A stretch of 58,272 nucleotides of DNA from a virus (taxonomy: Duplodnaviria > Caudoviricetes), in IMG/VR virus record IMGVR_UViG_3300029448_000039, positions 1-58,272 of that record; one strand, 5' to 3'. Under the pieces are notes generated by a model. That model was not told the origin of the DNA, ran no database searches, and saw nothing but the letters and a program-made list of their open reading frames with translations. The translations under genes and the position numbers were made by a program. The stretch's first letter is position 1. Each line of letters opens with the position of its first letter. Below are positions 18,314 to 27,309 of this stretch, piece after piece.

Positions 18314-18501
18314 TCTGTATCCTCCTGTTTTTGTTGCTCTTCTTCTTGTTGCTTTTGAAACCAAGAATCATCTTGATCTTGTTCTTCCCACCAGCTTTCT
18401 TCGCTGGGAGTATCAAAACTGTTTAAACGATCTCTGAAGCACCCGTGTCGATTGCTGCCTGAAACTGAAGCAGCATGATTTATGTCAATGTTTAAACACA
18501 T
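18310..18501 (-). CDS. Small acidic hypothetical protein (start uncertain)
   Basis: Acidic WWEEQ tail; last gene of the early operon. Confidence 0.45.
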   Translation of the reverse strand: MCLNIDINHAASVSGSNRHGCFRDRLNSFDTPSEESWWEEQDQDDSWFQKQQEEEQQKQEDTD

Positions 18502-18695
18502 TTTAAATTACCTTTGATGAATGTCCTGACCTGACTCGGAGTTTTAAATCTTTTCGTTCTTTTTAGGTTTATATGAGATTCATCTTTAGGTCTAAAGAAA
18601 TAACCTTGCCTACATTTTTCAATGTAACCGATGATAATCATCTTGCGAGTACCCATGCTTGCCCTGACAATCTCTTTATATTCAAAGTCAATCAT
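18492..18695 (-). CDS. Hypothetical protein
   Basis: Operon context. Confidence 0.55.
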   Translation of the reverse strand: MIDFEYKEIVRASMGTRKMIIIGYIEKCRQGYFFRPKDESHINLKRTKRFKTPSQVRTFIKGNLKCV

Positions 18696-18843
18696 CAGTC
18701 TCAAACTCCCAACCAAGCTTCAAACATAATTCTTTGTATGTTTCTTGTCCTGATGTGCTCATCCTGTCGTAATCCCAACCTAAATCATCTACCAAATCTT
18801 TAACCTTTTCTGATGTCAATGAAATATGTTTAGTGTCTGTCAT
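18688..18843 (-). CDS. Hypothetical protein, 51 aa (not in ORF track)
   Basis: SD GGAGGT; MTDTKHISL...DLGWDYDRMSTSGQETY. Confidence 0.7.
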   Translation of the reverse strand: MTDTKHISLTSEKVKDLVDDLGWDYDRMSTSGQETYKELCLKLGWEFETDD

Positions 18844-18851
18844 GTCACCTC

Positions 18852-19076
18852 CTAGTGTAAAACACGATTATTGTTTAATGGTTTTGCTTGTTTGTGCCTG
18901 CTCAGATATTGGTCATGCAATGCCCTCATGACTTGAGTCCAATGCTTTTTTGCCCATACCGAGTTAGATCTTCTGATTGCGCCTATGCAAGATTTCAATC
19001 TTATAGTAAGCACATTCATATCATCCAATGCATGCATATACTTAGCCAATTCCTTAATTTGCTTTTCATCATTCAT
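18852..19076 (-). CDS. Hypothetical protein
   Basis: 74 aa in an operon. Confidence 0.6.
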   Translation of the reverse strand: MNDEKQIKELAKYMHALDDMNVLTIRLKSCIGAIRRSNSVWAKKHWTQVMRALHDQYLSRHKQAKPLNNNRVLH

Positions 19077-19440
19077 AACTGTAACCCTCGAATTTCTTCT
19101 CTAATTGTTTTCTTTTAAACTCTTCTTTAACAAATCTGTTAATCTTTTCTTCTCGCCTTTTCAATAGCTTGTATATCCATTGCCGAGAAACATTTTCTTC
19201 TCTTGCGATTTTAGAAATAGATTCTTTTGCATCGACTGCCTCCAATATTCTCAAGCTCCTTTGTCTTGCTTCATTGTTTGCAGTAGGCTGTTTAAACGAA
19301 TCATAATCTTTCATTCGCAACAATAGCTGAGTCCTGAGAGTAGGTATAGCTACTCCCAAGAGATCAGATATTTGTTGAAGTGTTTGATTTTCTCGCCTGA
19401 ACTTCTCTGCGAGATTGTACCAATGCGGAGGTGCTCTCAT
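19069..19440 (-). CDS. Tandem HTH DNA-binding protein
   Basis: TLQQISDLLGVAIPTLR and SISKIAREENVSRQWIYKLL. Confidence 0.75.
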   Translation of the reverse strand: MRAPPHWYNLAEKFRRENQTLQQISDLLGVAIPTLRTQLLLRMKDYDSFKQPTANNEARQRSLRILEAVDAKESISKIAREENVSRQWIYKLLKRREEKINRFVKEEFKRKQLEKKFEGYSYE

Positions 19441-19928
19441 GACATAATCTCCGATTCCAAGCACACAAAGATTTCTTCTCTATGATCAGGTATTGTGACC
19501 ACTATGATGTCCTCGCTTGTAAGTTCCTTCTTAGGAATTGTTTCATCATAAGGAAACTTAGCGAATACTGTTTCTTTGTTCGCAATAGCTTTCATATTCC
19601 ATGCATCTTCTACATAACTTGTTATGCCGAAAGTTCCAACACTGATTAGATGAAGTAAATAGCTCATATAATTTTGAGCCTCCTGTTCGCTACCATGAGC
19701 CTTGAATAGTTTTTTACTGACCTTACCTGTTATGTTTACACCACCTGTGTCTTGATTTTCAAACCAAAATCCAAAGTTTTCGTCATGACTTGCGTCCTTT
19801 AAGCTTTGCTCAATACGCAATGACATCTCTTGTCTTGCTTTACTCTGTTTAAACGAATCTTTTCTATCAGATAACAATACAACATTGTCATTAAAAAGCT
19901 TTTCTTCTTCTTTTGTCATTTTACTCAT
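19437..19928 (-). CDS. Hypothetical protein
   Basis: 163 aa; ATGA-coupled; SD GGAGG. Confidence 0.7.
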   Translation of the reverse strand: MSKMTKEEEKLFNDNVVLLSDRKDSFKQSKARQEMSLRIEQSLKDASHDENFGFWFENQDTGGVNITGKVSKKLFKAHGSEQEAQNYMSYLLHLISVGTFGITSYVEDAWNMKAIANKETVFAKFPYDETIPKKELTSEDIIVVTIPDHREEIFVCLESEIMS

Positions 19929-20446
19929 GTGCCCTCCTTAGTTGGCAATAAATCAGATCTTTCTTCTATTTTAATCTCAAACTCTTCATACTCGTCATAC
20001 CATATAGCATCTGCATGACAGATTATGTACTCGACTTCACGCTGTAACAGCACCGCATCTATGTTGCCCTTGCCTATTGTCATGCTTGCAAGCATTGGCA
20101 TGATTTCTTTAGTGCGATTTGAATCACCATTTCTCCTGAAACATTCTTCATATATGGCTGTTCTTTGTGCAAAGAATTCAGCTTCACGCTTGTTTGGAGT
20201 CCATGACATACGATAAGGCGAGCCACTTGTGAATTCATACCCACGATATACTTTGATACCTATATCAGGCAAAGCCTTATAATGCTCTTTCTCTTCTTTG
20301 GTTTGAGGACAATATCCCTCGCTAAAGAAGTTTAAAAACACATCATAGTCATCCGCATCATCGACACCGAATTCTGTGGTTATCCAAAAATCTTTTAGAT
20401 ACTCTTGATCGTTGTCGTATGCCTCTCTTGGTGCAGGGGTAGCCAT
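19925..20446 (-). CDS. Putative ADP-ribosyltransferase-fold protein (R-S-E)
   Basis: VYRG...MSWTP..EAEFFA...REVEYII. Confidence 0.55.
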   Translation of the reverse strand: MATPAPREAYDNDQEYLKDFWITTEFGVDDADDYDVFLNFFSEGYCPQTKEEKEHYKALPDIGIKVYRGYEFTSGSPYRMSWTPNKREAEFFAQRTAIYEECFRRNGDSNRTKEIMPMLASMTIGKGNIDAVLLQREVEYIICHADAIWYDEYEEFEIKIEERSDLLPTKEGT

Positions 20447-20625
20447 TAGCTACCACCTGCATCTGCTTGTTTAAACGAGTCAGACTTGAAGTGCTTGAGT
20501 ACACCTTGCACATGCTTTTTGACATCCGCAGGTATTGCATCTTTCTCAATGGTAGACTCAATCATTTTGATGATTTTGTTTTGACCAATTTCTTTTGCTA
20601 GTTTTTTTAGTTCAGTGATTTTCAT
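20446..20625 (-). CDS. Hypothetical protein, 59 aa (not in ORF track)
   Basis: MKITELKKLAKEIG...; TAATG-coupled on both sides. Confidence 0.7.
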   Translation of the reverse strand: MKITELKKLAKEIGQNKIIKMIESTIEKDAIPADVKKHVQGVLKHFKSDSFKQADAGGS

Positions 20626-21032
20626 TATTTGCCCTCCTTAGAGCTTTTGTTTTCGCCAGTGTAAATATCTAAATCCAGTTCTTCTTCCATGTGCAAGAGT
20701 CCATCCACAAGCTCATTGAACGCTAGTGATACACCCTCGTTATGCTCATTGATCTCGTCAAGTGTTTTTCTTGGATCAATTTTCCTTATGTCATCGAATA
20801 TTTGATTGATCACATCCGATGTTTCAAAACCCACATAATCGAAATCGTCTATGTGCTTGCTATCTATCAGTAGTGCAATGGGGATGAAACGAGTGCCTTG
20901 ATTGAGTGCCAATGCACCTCTAGGCTTTCCCTTGTATGAGCAAGGAACAATAACCAAATCATCCTTGAATAAACGAATAAGGTTGAGTTTTTCATAGTGC
21001 TTTTGAATCAAAGGCTTTTTAGTCTTTTGCAT
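20625..21032 (-). CDS. Hypothetical protein
   Basis: SD GGAGGT; first gene after a promoter. Confidence 0.7.
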   Translation of the reverse strand: MQKTKKPLIQKHYEKLNLIRLFKDDLVIVPCSYKGKPRGALALNQGTRFIPIALLIDSKHIDDFDYVGFETSDVINQIFDDIRKIDPRKTLDEINEHNEGVSLAFNELVDGLLHMEEELDLDIYTGENKSSKEGK

Positions 21033-21070
21033 ATCGACCTCCACAGTCAGTTGCGATTTATTGAAACCCC

Positions 21071-21099
21071 ATTATGAGGCTTGTGTTTTTTTGTGTCAA
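21071..21099 (-). promoter_or_regulatory. Sigma70-type promoter
   Basis: TTGACA-17nt-CATAAT. Confidence 0.8.
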
Positions 21100-21131
21100 G
21101 AACTTTTTATATCATAAGGTTTACAGAGTAA

Positions 21132-21530
21132 CTAATCTATATCAAAGTTGATCGGAATGAACATCGTTCCTGCAATCCAATCTCCATCCTCAGGCATTCC
21201 TTTTAATCGTTTAAACGCATCATAAAGCTCAGTAGCTATTGGATTAGGCTCAGAGCCATTTATCTTTCCTTCTTCATTAATGACACCTGACATCTCTGCA
21301 CCTGCATATTTTTCCAGTTGTTCATCTGTAAACTCAAGCAAACTGGATACTTTTTGCATAATAAAATTGCTTTCAGCAAGAGCCTTGTGCATGAAGATAG
21401 GCACGAACTCTATGTATCCACCCACCATCTCTTGCATCTCCTTGAGCGTAGGCTTTTCATCAAAAGATCTTACCTCTAAATCTAAGCCACTCTTTTCATC
21501 ACCGATGATTAATACTTTGTATTCACTCAT
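21132..21530 (-). CDS. DUF3846-like protein
   Basis: TLKEMQEMVGGYIE, INEEGK, NPIAT, DWIAG. Confidence 0.75.
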   Translation of the reverse strand: MSEYKVLIIGDEKSGLDLEVRSFDEKPTLKEMQEMVGGYIEFVPIFMHKALAESNFIMQKVSSLLEFTDEQLEKYAGAEMSGVINEEGKINGSEPNPIATELYDAFKRLKGMPEDGDWIAGTMFIPINFDID

Positions 21531-21741
21531 TGTCAGACTCCTCCACCCTTTTTGTTGTTGCTAACATTACTTCAATACGAATTGTTTCTTCACTCTCGCC
21601 CAATTCAGAATGCGTAACATCAACATCTTCATCTTTCTTGAATTTTCTCATTGCCTCTGTGAAAGAATCAGCCTCGCATTCAACCCATTGTTCATCCCAT
21701 ATTGGTATAAGAACATATCTTTTTGTTTTATATCTAGCCAT
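21523..21741 (-). CDS. Small hypothetical protein (VEAxS..EA type)
   Basis: WVECEADSFTEA; SD GGGAG. Confidence 0.6.
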   Translation of the reverse strand: MARYKTKRYVLIPIWDEQWVECEADSFTEAMRKFKKDEDVDVTHSELGESEETIRIEVMLATTKRVEESDNE

Positions 21742-21743
21742 TG

Positions 21744-21986
21744 TCACTCCCATGTATATTTTTTCTCACCATGCACAAACCTGAACATCTTCATGTTATG
21801 CATCCCTGTTGATGCTTGTGTAAGCAGGTCATAATCGTTTTGTAATAACAACCTAATAGAAACACAAGGTTTCTTTATTGTTGCGTTACTAGGATTAATC
21901 CTTGCTTTAGCATCCCTCAAATACTCTCTAGCATCTTCAATGCCAGAGAGATTCAAGGTCAAACCTCTCGGATAATCATTCATCAT
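21744..21986 (-). CDS. Hypothetical protein
   Basis: Operon context; start uncertain. Confidence 0.5.
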   Translation of the reverse strand: MMNDYPRGLTLNLSGIEDAREYLRDAKARINPSNATIKKPCVSIRLLLQNDYDLLTQASTGMHNMKMFRFVHGEKKYTWE

Positions 21987-22254
21987 CTGATACCCCCATG
22001 TAATGATCATCTATCGCTTGAGGCTCTACTACGTTTAAACGACTTGTTTCGCCCTTTGCAACCGACATGACATCTGTCATTTGAAGTATCAAACCTTCCA
22101 AATCAATGTCATTCTTGTGCAAACCATCTGTGCAACACACACACTTTGCATCTTTTAATGCATCTATTGCATTGCTCAAGGCATCTACCTTTGCCTGTGC
22201 ATTTAACCTGAGCAGGTTTTTCTTAGCAATCAAGAATTCTTTCGATGAACTCAT
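21976..22254 (-). CDS. Hypothetical protein
   Basis: SD AGGAGG. Confidence 0.65.
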   Translation of the reverse strand: MSSSKEFLIAKKNLLRLNAQAKVDALSNAIDALKDAKCVCCTDGLHKNDIDLEGLILQMTDVMSVAKGETSRLNVVEPQAIDDHYMGVSDDE

Positions 22255-22411
22255 ATGAGCCTCCTGTAAATTTTTCGTGAATTTGAATACACGCTGACAA
22301 AACAATCATCATGAGTATTGGTGCACCTACCCAAAACATAGCATCCATGATGATAGTATGTTGCGCTTCTTGCATGATTAGCTCGTTGAAATACAATTCT
22401 TCTTGAATCAT
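22223..22411 (-). CDS. Small membrane protein
   Basis: One hydrophobic segment; SD GGAGGT. Confidence 0.6.
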   Translation of the reverse strand: MIQEELYFNELIMQEAQHTIIMDAMFWVGAPILMMIVLSACIQIHEKFTGGSYEFIERILDC

Positions 22412-22608
22412 GCTACCTCCACTGCATCAACCATTAACACATTTGAGAAGTCTATATCACCCCCATTATGCACAATATCCGATACCGATAAATACTCAGC
22501 TGTGCTTTCTGCATCATTAAGACTCTGCGCCTCTACATATGCTTCACCTTCAACATAACCAGACAAACGCACTCTGTATTCTTTTATTTCATTTTCTTGA
22601 TCAGTCAT
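22408..22608 (-). CDS. Small acidic protein (VEAxS..A type)
   Basis: YVEAQSLNDAE; SD GGAGGG. Confidence 0.7.
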   Translation of the reverse strand: MTDQENEIKEYRVRLSGYVEGEAYVEAQSLNDAESTAEYLSVSDIVHNGGDIDFSNVLMVDAVEVA

Positions 22609-22665
22609 AATCTGCCCTCCTTTAGGACATTGTTAATGTGTTTAAACGTACTTACCTGCTGATGT

Positions 22666-23016
22666 TTAGGATTCATACTCCAATAGCTCTTGCATTTTGT
22701 GATACCAATGCTCGCTTTTGCTATAGTTTTCCTGTCTCTCTTTTATCATATAAGTAATTGAATTTAGACCAGTAGATCGTTCTATCTCAAGATACTTTGG
22801 ATTAGGCAACTTGCCTTCCTCATGTCGCTTAGGATGTAACATGTCTATGATCTTCTGCTCAAGTGTCACAAGCTTATTGAATGTATCCACAAGCTCTCTT
22901 TGCTCAGGTGTAGCCAGACAATCATCCCTGTCTATATTCGTGTATATGTTAGTGACAGCACTGTTAATGTGAGTCAGTGTATCTGTCAGCAAGCTTTCGT
23001 CTTTTTGTTTTCTCAT
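22666..23016 (-). CDS. Hypothetical protein
   Basis: SD GGAGGG. Confidence 0.7.
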   Translation of the reverse strand: MRKQKDESLLTDTLTHINSAVTNIYTNIDRDDCLATPEQRELVDTFNKLVTLEQKIIDMLHPKRHEEGKLPNPKYLEIERSTGLNSITYMIKERQENYSKSEHWYHKMQELLEYES

Positions 23017-23103
23017 ATGCCCTCCTCAGGGATTGTTGGCAGTTAGATAACTTTCATAAATATTCAAGTTATTTAACTACCATGTTGCGATTAATAATAA
23101 CCT

Positions 23104-23133
23104 ACCTTACCTGTGTGTCTATGTATGTGTCAA
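23104..23133 (-). promoter_or_regulatory. Sigma70-type promoter
   Basis: TTGACA-18nt-TAAGGT. Confidence 0.55.
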
Positions 23134-23266
23134 CATCTTTTTTCCAAACCGACCAGACCGACATGCGCGAATATACGCGCGTGTGTGTATGTGTGTCTGC
23201 CTGTGTGCATGCATACATACATATATAAGTATGTGTGAGTGTGAACCCTTTTTTCTAATAAACTGT

Positions 23267-24091
23267 TTAAACATCTTTTTCCAATACCTTCTCCCATTGC
23301 TTGCGTATGTATTCGTTGGCATCCTGAGCATTATTGTATTTGAATCGATCATGATGATTTATTTCTTTCATGTAAAACACATCACTTGCATCATCGCCAG
23401 TGAGTAGGCTTCCATATCCACCCATGTGCTCATGTGCTACACACTCAAGCATCTTGAAGCATACTCGTCTTGAGAATGATGGATTGCCGATAGCGAATGC
23501 CACCCTGCTCATGTCCATATGTTCGTGTGAGTCTTTGACCATGATCATGAATTCATAGCCGAATTTGTTCTGCTTAGTGCACCATCTCGCTTGTAATCTG
23601 ACACGCTTGCCTGATTGCTCAATGTGATTGATAAGGCTTGCGATAGCGATACCGCGATTCATCATCGCTTTGCTCTTCACGAATGCAGGACAAGCAACGT
23701 CCACAATCATATTCACAATAGGCTCGTCATGCTCCTCACTAGGCAATAGCATGTGTTCATCAACACCTGCATTGTATAGAGGTATGATCGGGAACGCTCC
23801 AACTGGCGCAGTCTCCCACACTTCCGCTTGTTCTACACCTGAGTTATCTATCTCATGGGTTAAGCCATGCTCAAGCATATCAACACCTGCCTGCCATCCA
23901 TCTCGCATAAGGTCTCTGGATACTTGCAATGATTTTGAGCCAGTCCATCCTGATGAATCTTTTTTATCTGATGATGTCATGTGCTTTTGAATACGCTTCG
24001 CATTCATCCATGTCTCAAGCTCATGCCATTCTACATTGTATGTATCAACCCTACGTCCATTACGCTTCGTTGTGATTGCTAGATTTTGCAT
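23267..24091 (-). CDS. VWA-like partner of MoxR ATPase
   Basis: VNMIVDVAC..VKSKAMMNRG..IASLINHIEQSGKRV, VKDSHE, AFAIGNPSFSRR; follows the AAA gene; SD AGGAG. Confidence 0.65.
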   Translation of the reverse strand: MQNLAITTKRNGRRVDTYNVEWHELETWMNAKRIQKHMTSSDKKDSSGWTGSKSLQVSRDLMRDGWQAGVDMLEHGLTHEIDNSGVEQAEVWETAPVGAFPIIPLYNAGVDEHMLLPSEEHDEPIVNMIVDVACPAFVKSKAMMNRGIAIASLINHIEQSGKRVRLQARWCTKQNKFGYEFMIMVKDSHEHMDMSRVAFAIGNPSFSRRVCFKMLECVAHEHMGGYGSLLTGDDASDVFYMKEINHHDRFKYNNAQDANEYIRKQWEKVLEKDV

Positions 24092-24120
24092 ATCGTTTGC
24101 TCCTATGTTTAAACAGTTAA

Positions 24121-25341
24121 TTACTTGGATTCCTGAGTGGCTTTCATGCGAGCCTTGCATTCCTTGCGGAGTATGTTCGCATCAGCATCAGTCATACCCT
24201 TGTAAAGCCTCATGTTACGCACCTTGTCAATGTTCATACCTGCCCTGAGTAACATTGCACCCTTGATACTGGCTCGTGGTGAGATGATGTAAGCCATTTT
24301 TTTCTCTTCTGCAATAGCTCGAACAGTGCGCACCTCAGTCACCCACTTGTCATTCTGTGCAATGGCTCGCTCAATCTTCTCGTCATACCGCATGTCAATC
24401 TCAGCGAATCTATCGAGCGTAGCCCCATCGAGCTTGTTTCGCCCAATGTATTGTCTGCTTGCACCATGACCAACAGTGTTGGCTGATGCAATCGCCTTGA
24501 AGTTTTTGTGCTTACGCACCATGCCACAAGGGAATGGAGCTTCCATACCTACTTGAATATCCAATGCCTGATTGAATGACACAAGTGCATTAGGATGTGA
24601 TGCATCCATTTCATCGAATAGGAATACCCCACCATCCTTGAAAGCGCGGTAGAAGTCGGTAGGCTTGTATTCGCCAGTAGCTGTAAGTTGCCCCATCAAT
24701 TGATGCTCCCACTTGACTGCGGATGCTGAGTAGAATGGAAGCTTAAAAGCTTTAGCTATCTGATAGCCGAGTGTAGTTTTACCTGCTCCTGCTCCACCCA
24801 CCAGATACACATTGTCACATGTCATCGTTGTGAGTACATCCTCGAATATCTCATGTGTGATCTCACCAGTGAAGTCCACCTTGCCTGCCTCAGTTTTTAC
24901 CTCAATGGTTCGCATTGATTGCGCCAATTGCTTGAGCTTGCTAATTTGCCTACTAGCTTCACCCATGAATTCCTCTGTCTGACGATCATGTTTACGCTGA
25001 TATTCTCGAATATCTGCTGACATATCCGAAGTGATGTTAGACACAGCCGAAGTGAACGAAGTATCAACATCATTTTTGAATGTCTCAAATTGGTTGTTTA
25101 AACGCTTTTCAGCATCCGATGTATCAACCACTACTTTAGTAGTCTGCACATCACCATCATTCCACAAAGTGACAAGGTCACTAATCGGAGTTGACATTGG
25201 CTTGTTGTACGCTATTGCCAATTGCTTGAGCCTAAGTTCCTGCTCTGCACTGACATTGTCAGCGTTGAGGTTATCACCCAACACTCGTTGTAATTCGCTC
25301 AACGTAGTGCTATTAGTGATTTGAGTTGAATGATTATACAT
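24121..25341 (-). CDS. MoxR/CobS-like AAA+ ATPase
   Basis: GGAGAGKT, FLFDEMDA, ASANT, LDGATLDRF, SPRA. Confidence 0.9.
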   Translation of the reverse strand: MYNHSTQITNSTTLSELQRVLGDNLNADNVSAEQELRLKQLAIAYNKPMSTPISDLVTLWNDGDVQTTKVVVDTSDAEKRLNNQFETFKNDVDTSFTSAVSNITSDMSADIREYQRKHDRQTEEFMGEASRQISKLKQLAQSMRTIEVKTEAGKVDFTGEITHEIFEDVLTTMTCDNVYLVGGAGAGKTTLGYQIAKAFKLPFYSASAVKWEHQLMGQLTATGEYKPTDFYRAFKDGGVFLFDEMDASHPNALVSFNQALDIQVGMEAPFPCGMVRKHKNFKAIASANTVGHGASRQYIGRNKLDGATLDRFAEIDMRYDEKIERAIAQNDKWVTEVRTVRAIAEEKKMAYIISPRASIKGAMLLRAGMNIDKVRNMRLYKGMTDADANILRKECKARMKATQESK

Positions 25342-25369
25342 AGTATAATTCTCCTGTAGTTGCGATTAA

Positions 25370-25969
25370 TTAAAGGGACTCAAACATTGAGTCACCACAA
25401 GTGCCACATACCAAACCATGGGTTTGATAAGCGGTGCGAGATTGCCTAGCAATGTTATTGCATGGGATGCATTCCACCTTTACCATTCTGGTAGATTGCT
25501 TTTTCCTAGCGTTGATATCTACTGCTCCATGAGGATATGCTCCGAGTTGGTCAGCGATTGCTTGCAATTGAGGACGTAGTGCATCACTCATTGGTGTTGA
25601 TGTCATGGGAGCAAGAAAGCCACATAGCTTCGCTATTCTGGCAAATTCGCCTCGATGACCACACTCAATGTTCAGTATGAACATAAGAGCATGAATAAGC
25701 TCATGGTAAGTGTCAGAGACAACCTCAAGAGGTTTGTCTCTGGCAGGGGATATGTTGATACCGATGTGACCATCAGTAGCGCAGGATGCTTTGACACACT
25801 GAGCGACAGCTTTCTTTGTGCGTTGACCTCCAAGCCATGAACATGAGATACGAATTTTTGCTTGTGAGAATACAGCAGGATCAGTGCCAGTTTTTTCACA
25901 TAAGTGAATGATGCATAGAGCCATACAAGCCTCAAGCCATGTTTCTCGTTGGTGATATTTTGTTTCCAT
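25370..25969 (-). CDS. SprT-like zinc metalloprotease with C-terminal Zn ribbon
   Basis: HELIH...GHRGEF; CIPC/CGTC. Confidence 0.8.
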   Translation of the reverse strand: METKYHQRETWLEACMALCIIHLCEKTGTDPAVFSQAKIRISCSWLGGQRTKKAVAQCVKASCATDGHIGINISPARDKPLEVVSDTYHELIHALMFILNIECGHRGEFARIAKLCGFLAPMTSTPMSDALRPQLQAIADQLGAYPHGAVDINARKKQSTRMVKVECIPCNNIARQSRTAYQTHGLVCGTCGDSMFESL

Positions 25970-26052
25970 AATTCAGCCCTCCAGAGCCAGTTGCGATTGT
26001 AGTGGTAGTTTAAACACCTTTCATTACATTCAAGGTGTTATAAACAACCAAT

Positions 26053-26235
26053 TTATTTAAAATTCCTATCCATGTAATTGTCTAACCTATGCTCATCCTG
26101 CACCTCATTTGCATGAAGCATATCCGACAGGTCATCACATGACATGTATTTAACACACATGATTGCAGTGGCTCTCGCACTGAGTGAGCCATCGTCAATC
26201 ATTCCAATTATCATATCTCTGATATCATTTTCCAT
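26053..26235 (-). CDS. Small hypothetical protein
   Basis: SD AGGAG before MENDIRD; CVKYMSCDDL.DML.ANE. Confidence 0.65.
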   Translation of the reverse strand: MENDIRDMIIGMIDDGSLSARATAIMCVKYMSCDDLSDMLHANEVQDEHRLDNYMDRNFK

Positions 26236-26486
26236 TTTTGATCTCCTTTGATCGTTTATGTTAACTATGTTAAAATTGCACTTGGCATCCTTTCGGTTTA
26301 TAGCCTTACGCTGTGACTCACTGCGTACCACCTGTAAGCATGTTGATTTTTTCGGTTGCTTTGCAAACTCGTGGAATCGTAACCTCATAACGTCTCTACC
26401 CTCAACTAGGCTCTGGAGGCTATGCCTGCTCCAGATCAGGCTACCGCATATTGATATCATCTCAGCTCTTACTGCTACGCAGTCAA

Positions 26487-26744
26487 TTAAAACTGCCACC
26501 ATAACTGTGTGTTTTCAGGTAGGTTAGCCATTCTTTCAGAATGCATAGCGTGATCCATCTCATTCAGTTCGTCATCATCCATATCTGTTAACAGATCACC
26601 ATGCCATGCAAGTACATGTGAATCATGCAGATCAGGTGAGCCTACAAGCCTCACGTCATCGAACGAATCCGAATCACACACATCTTCACAGTGTGCTAAT
26701 ATCTGCTCGATTTCGTCATTGAGTATGTCAGTCATTCTAATCAT
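26487..26744 (-). CDS. Small acidic protein, first early gene
   Basis: SD GGAGGG; Asp/Glu-rich; TTGACA upstream at about 26809-26814. Confidence 0.65.
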   Translation of the reverse strand: MIRMTDILNDEIEQILAHCEDVCDSDSFDDVRLVGSPDLHDSHVLAWHGDLLTDMDDDELNEMDHAMHSERMANLPENTQLWWQF

Positions 26745-26898
26745 GTTGTTACCCTCCATTGGGTTAGTTGCGAAAAGTCATTACACAACTACTGGCTTGT
26801 TTAAACCATGTCAACCTTTATTTTCAAATTGGGTTGATATAACCTTTTTACCCTATGGGTAATATTTTTTGTTTAAACAGTTTTTATGGGGTGTAATC

Positions 26899-27309
26899 AT
26901 GAGCAAATCCGCATCAAATTTATCGGTTAGACAACGCATGTTTTGTAGGCATGTAGCGCAGGGTATGTCTCAGCGTATGAGTGCAATTGAGGCAGGTTAT
27001 GCGGATAGTGTGAGTACATCTGATACAGCGTATAAGCTCATGAAAAAACCAGACATACAGCAGGAAATACAGCGTGTATCCAAAGAGATCGAGCGCGAAC
27101 AACGTGTGTCTCTTGCGCATCATGTCACACGCATGCAAGATCTATCGCAAAAGGCTGAGGATGCAGGACAATATGGGAGCGCGATACAAGCCGAGCATTA
27201 TGCAGGCAAGGTATCACGCCTGTATGTAGATCAAGCGCATGTCATAAGCGAAAAGCGTGAGTCTCCTGAGGTGATCATAGAACGTTTAAACAAGTTAATT
27301 GAGTCCTGA
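26899..27309 (+). CDS. terS: Terminase small subunit
   Basis: LSVRQRMFC...SAIEAGY...AYKLMKKPDIQQEI; upstream of terL. Confidence 0.85.
   Translation: MSKSASNLSVRQRMFCRHVAQGMSQRMSAIEAGYADSVSTSDTAYKLMKKPDIQQEIQRVSKEIEREQRVSLAHHVTRMQDLSQKAEDAGQYGSAIQAEHYAGKVSRLYVDQAHVISEKRESPEVIIERLNKLIES

Noticed and set aside
23119-23352. ORFs over the alternating purine-pyrimidine tract (22977-23228, 23119-23352, 23183-23407)
   Set aside because: Low-complexity HTHT/VCVC translations of a non-coding tract that overlaps a promoter.
26236-26502. N-terminal extension of the 26053-26502 ORF
   Set aside because: The best SD lies before 26235, and the upstream part looks like structured non-coding leader. This is not fully excluded.
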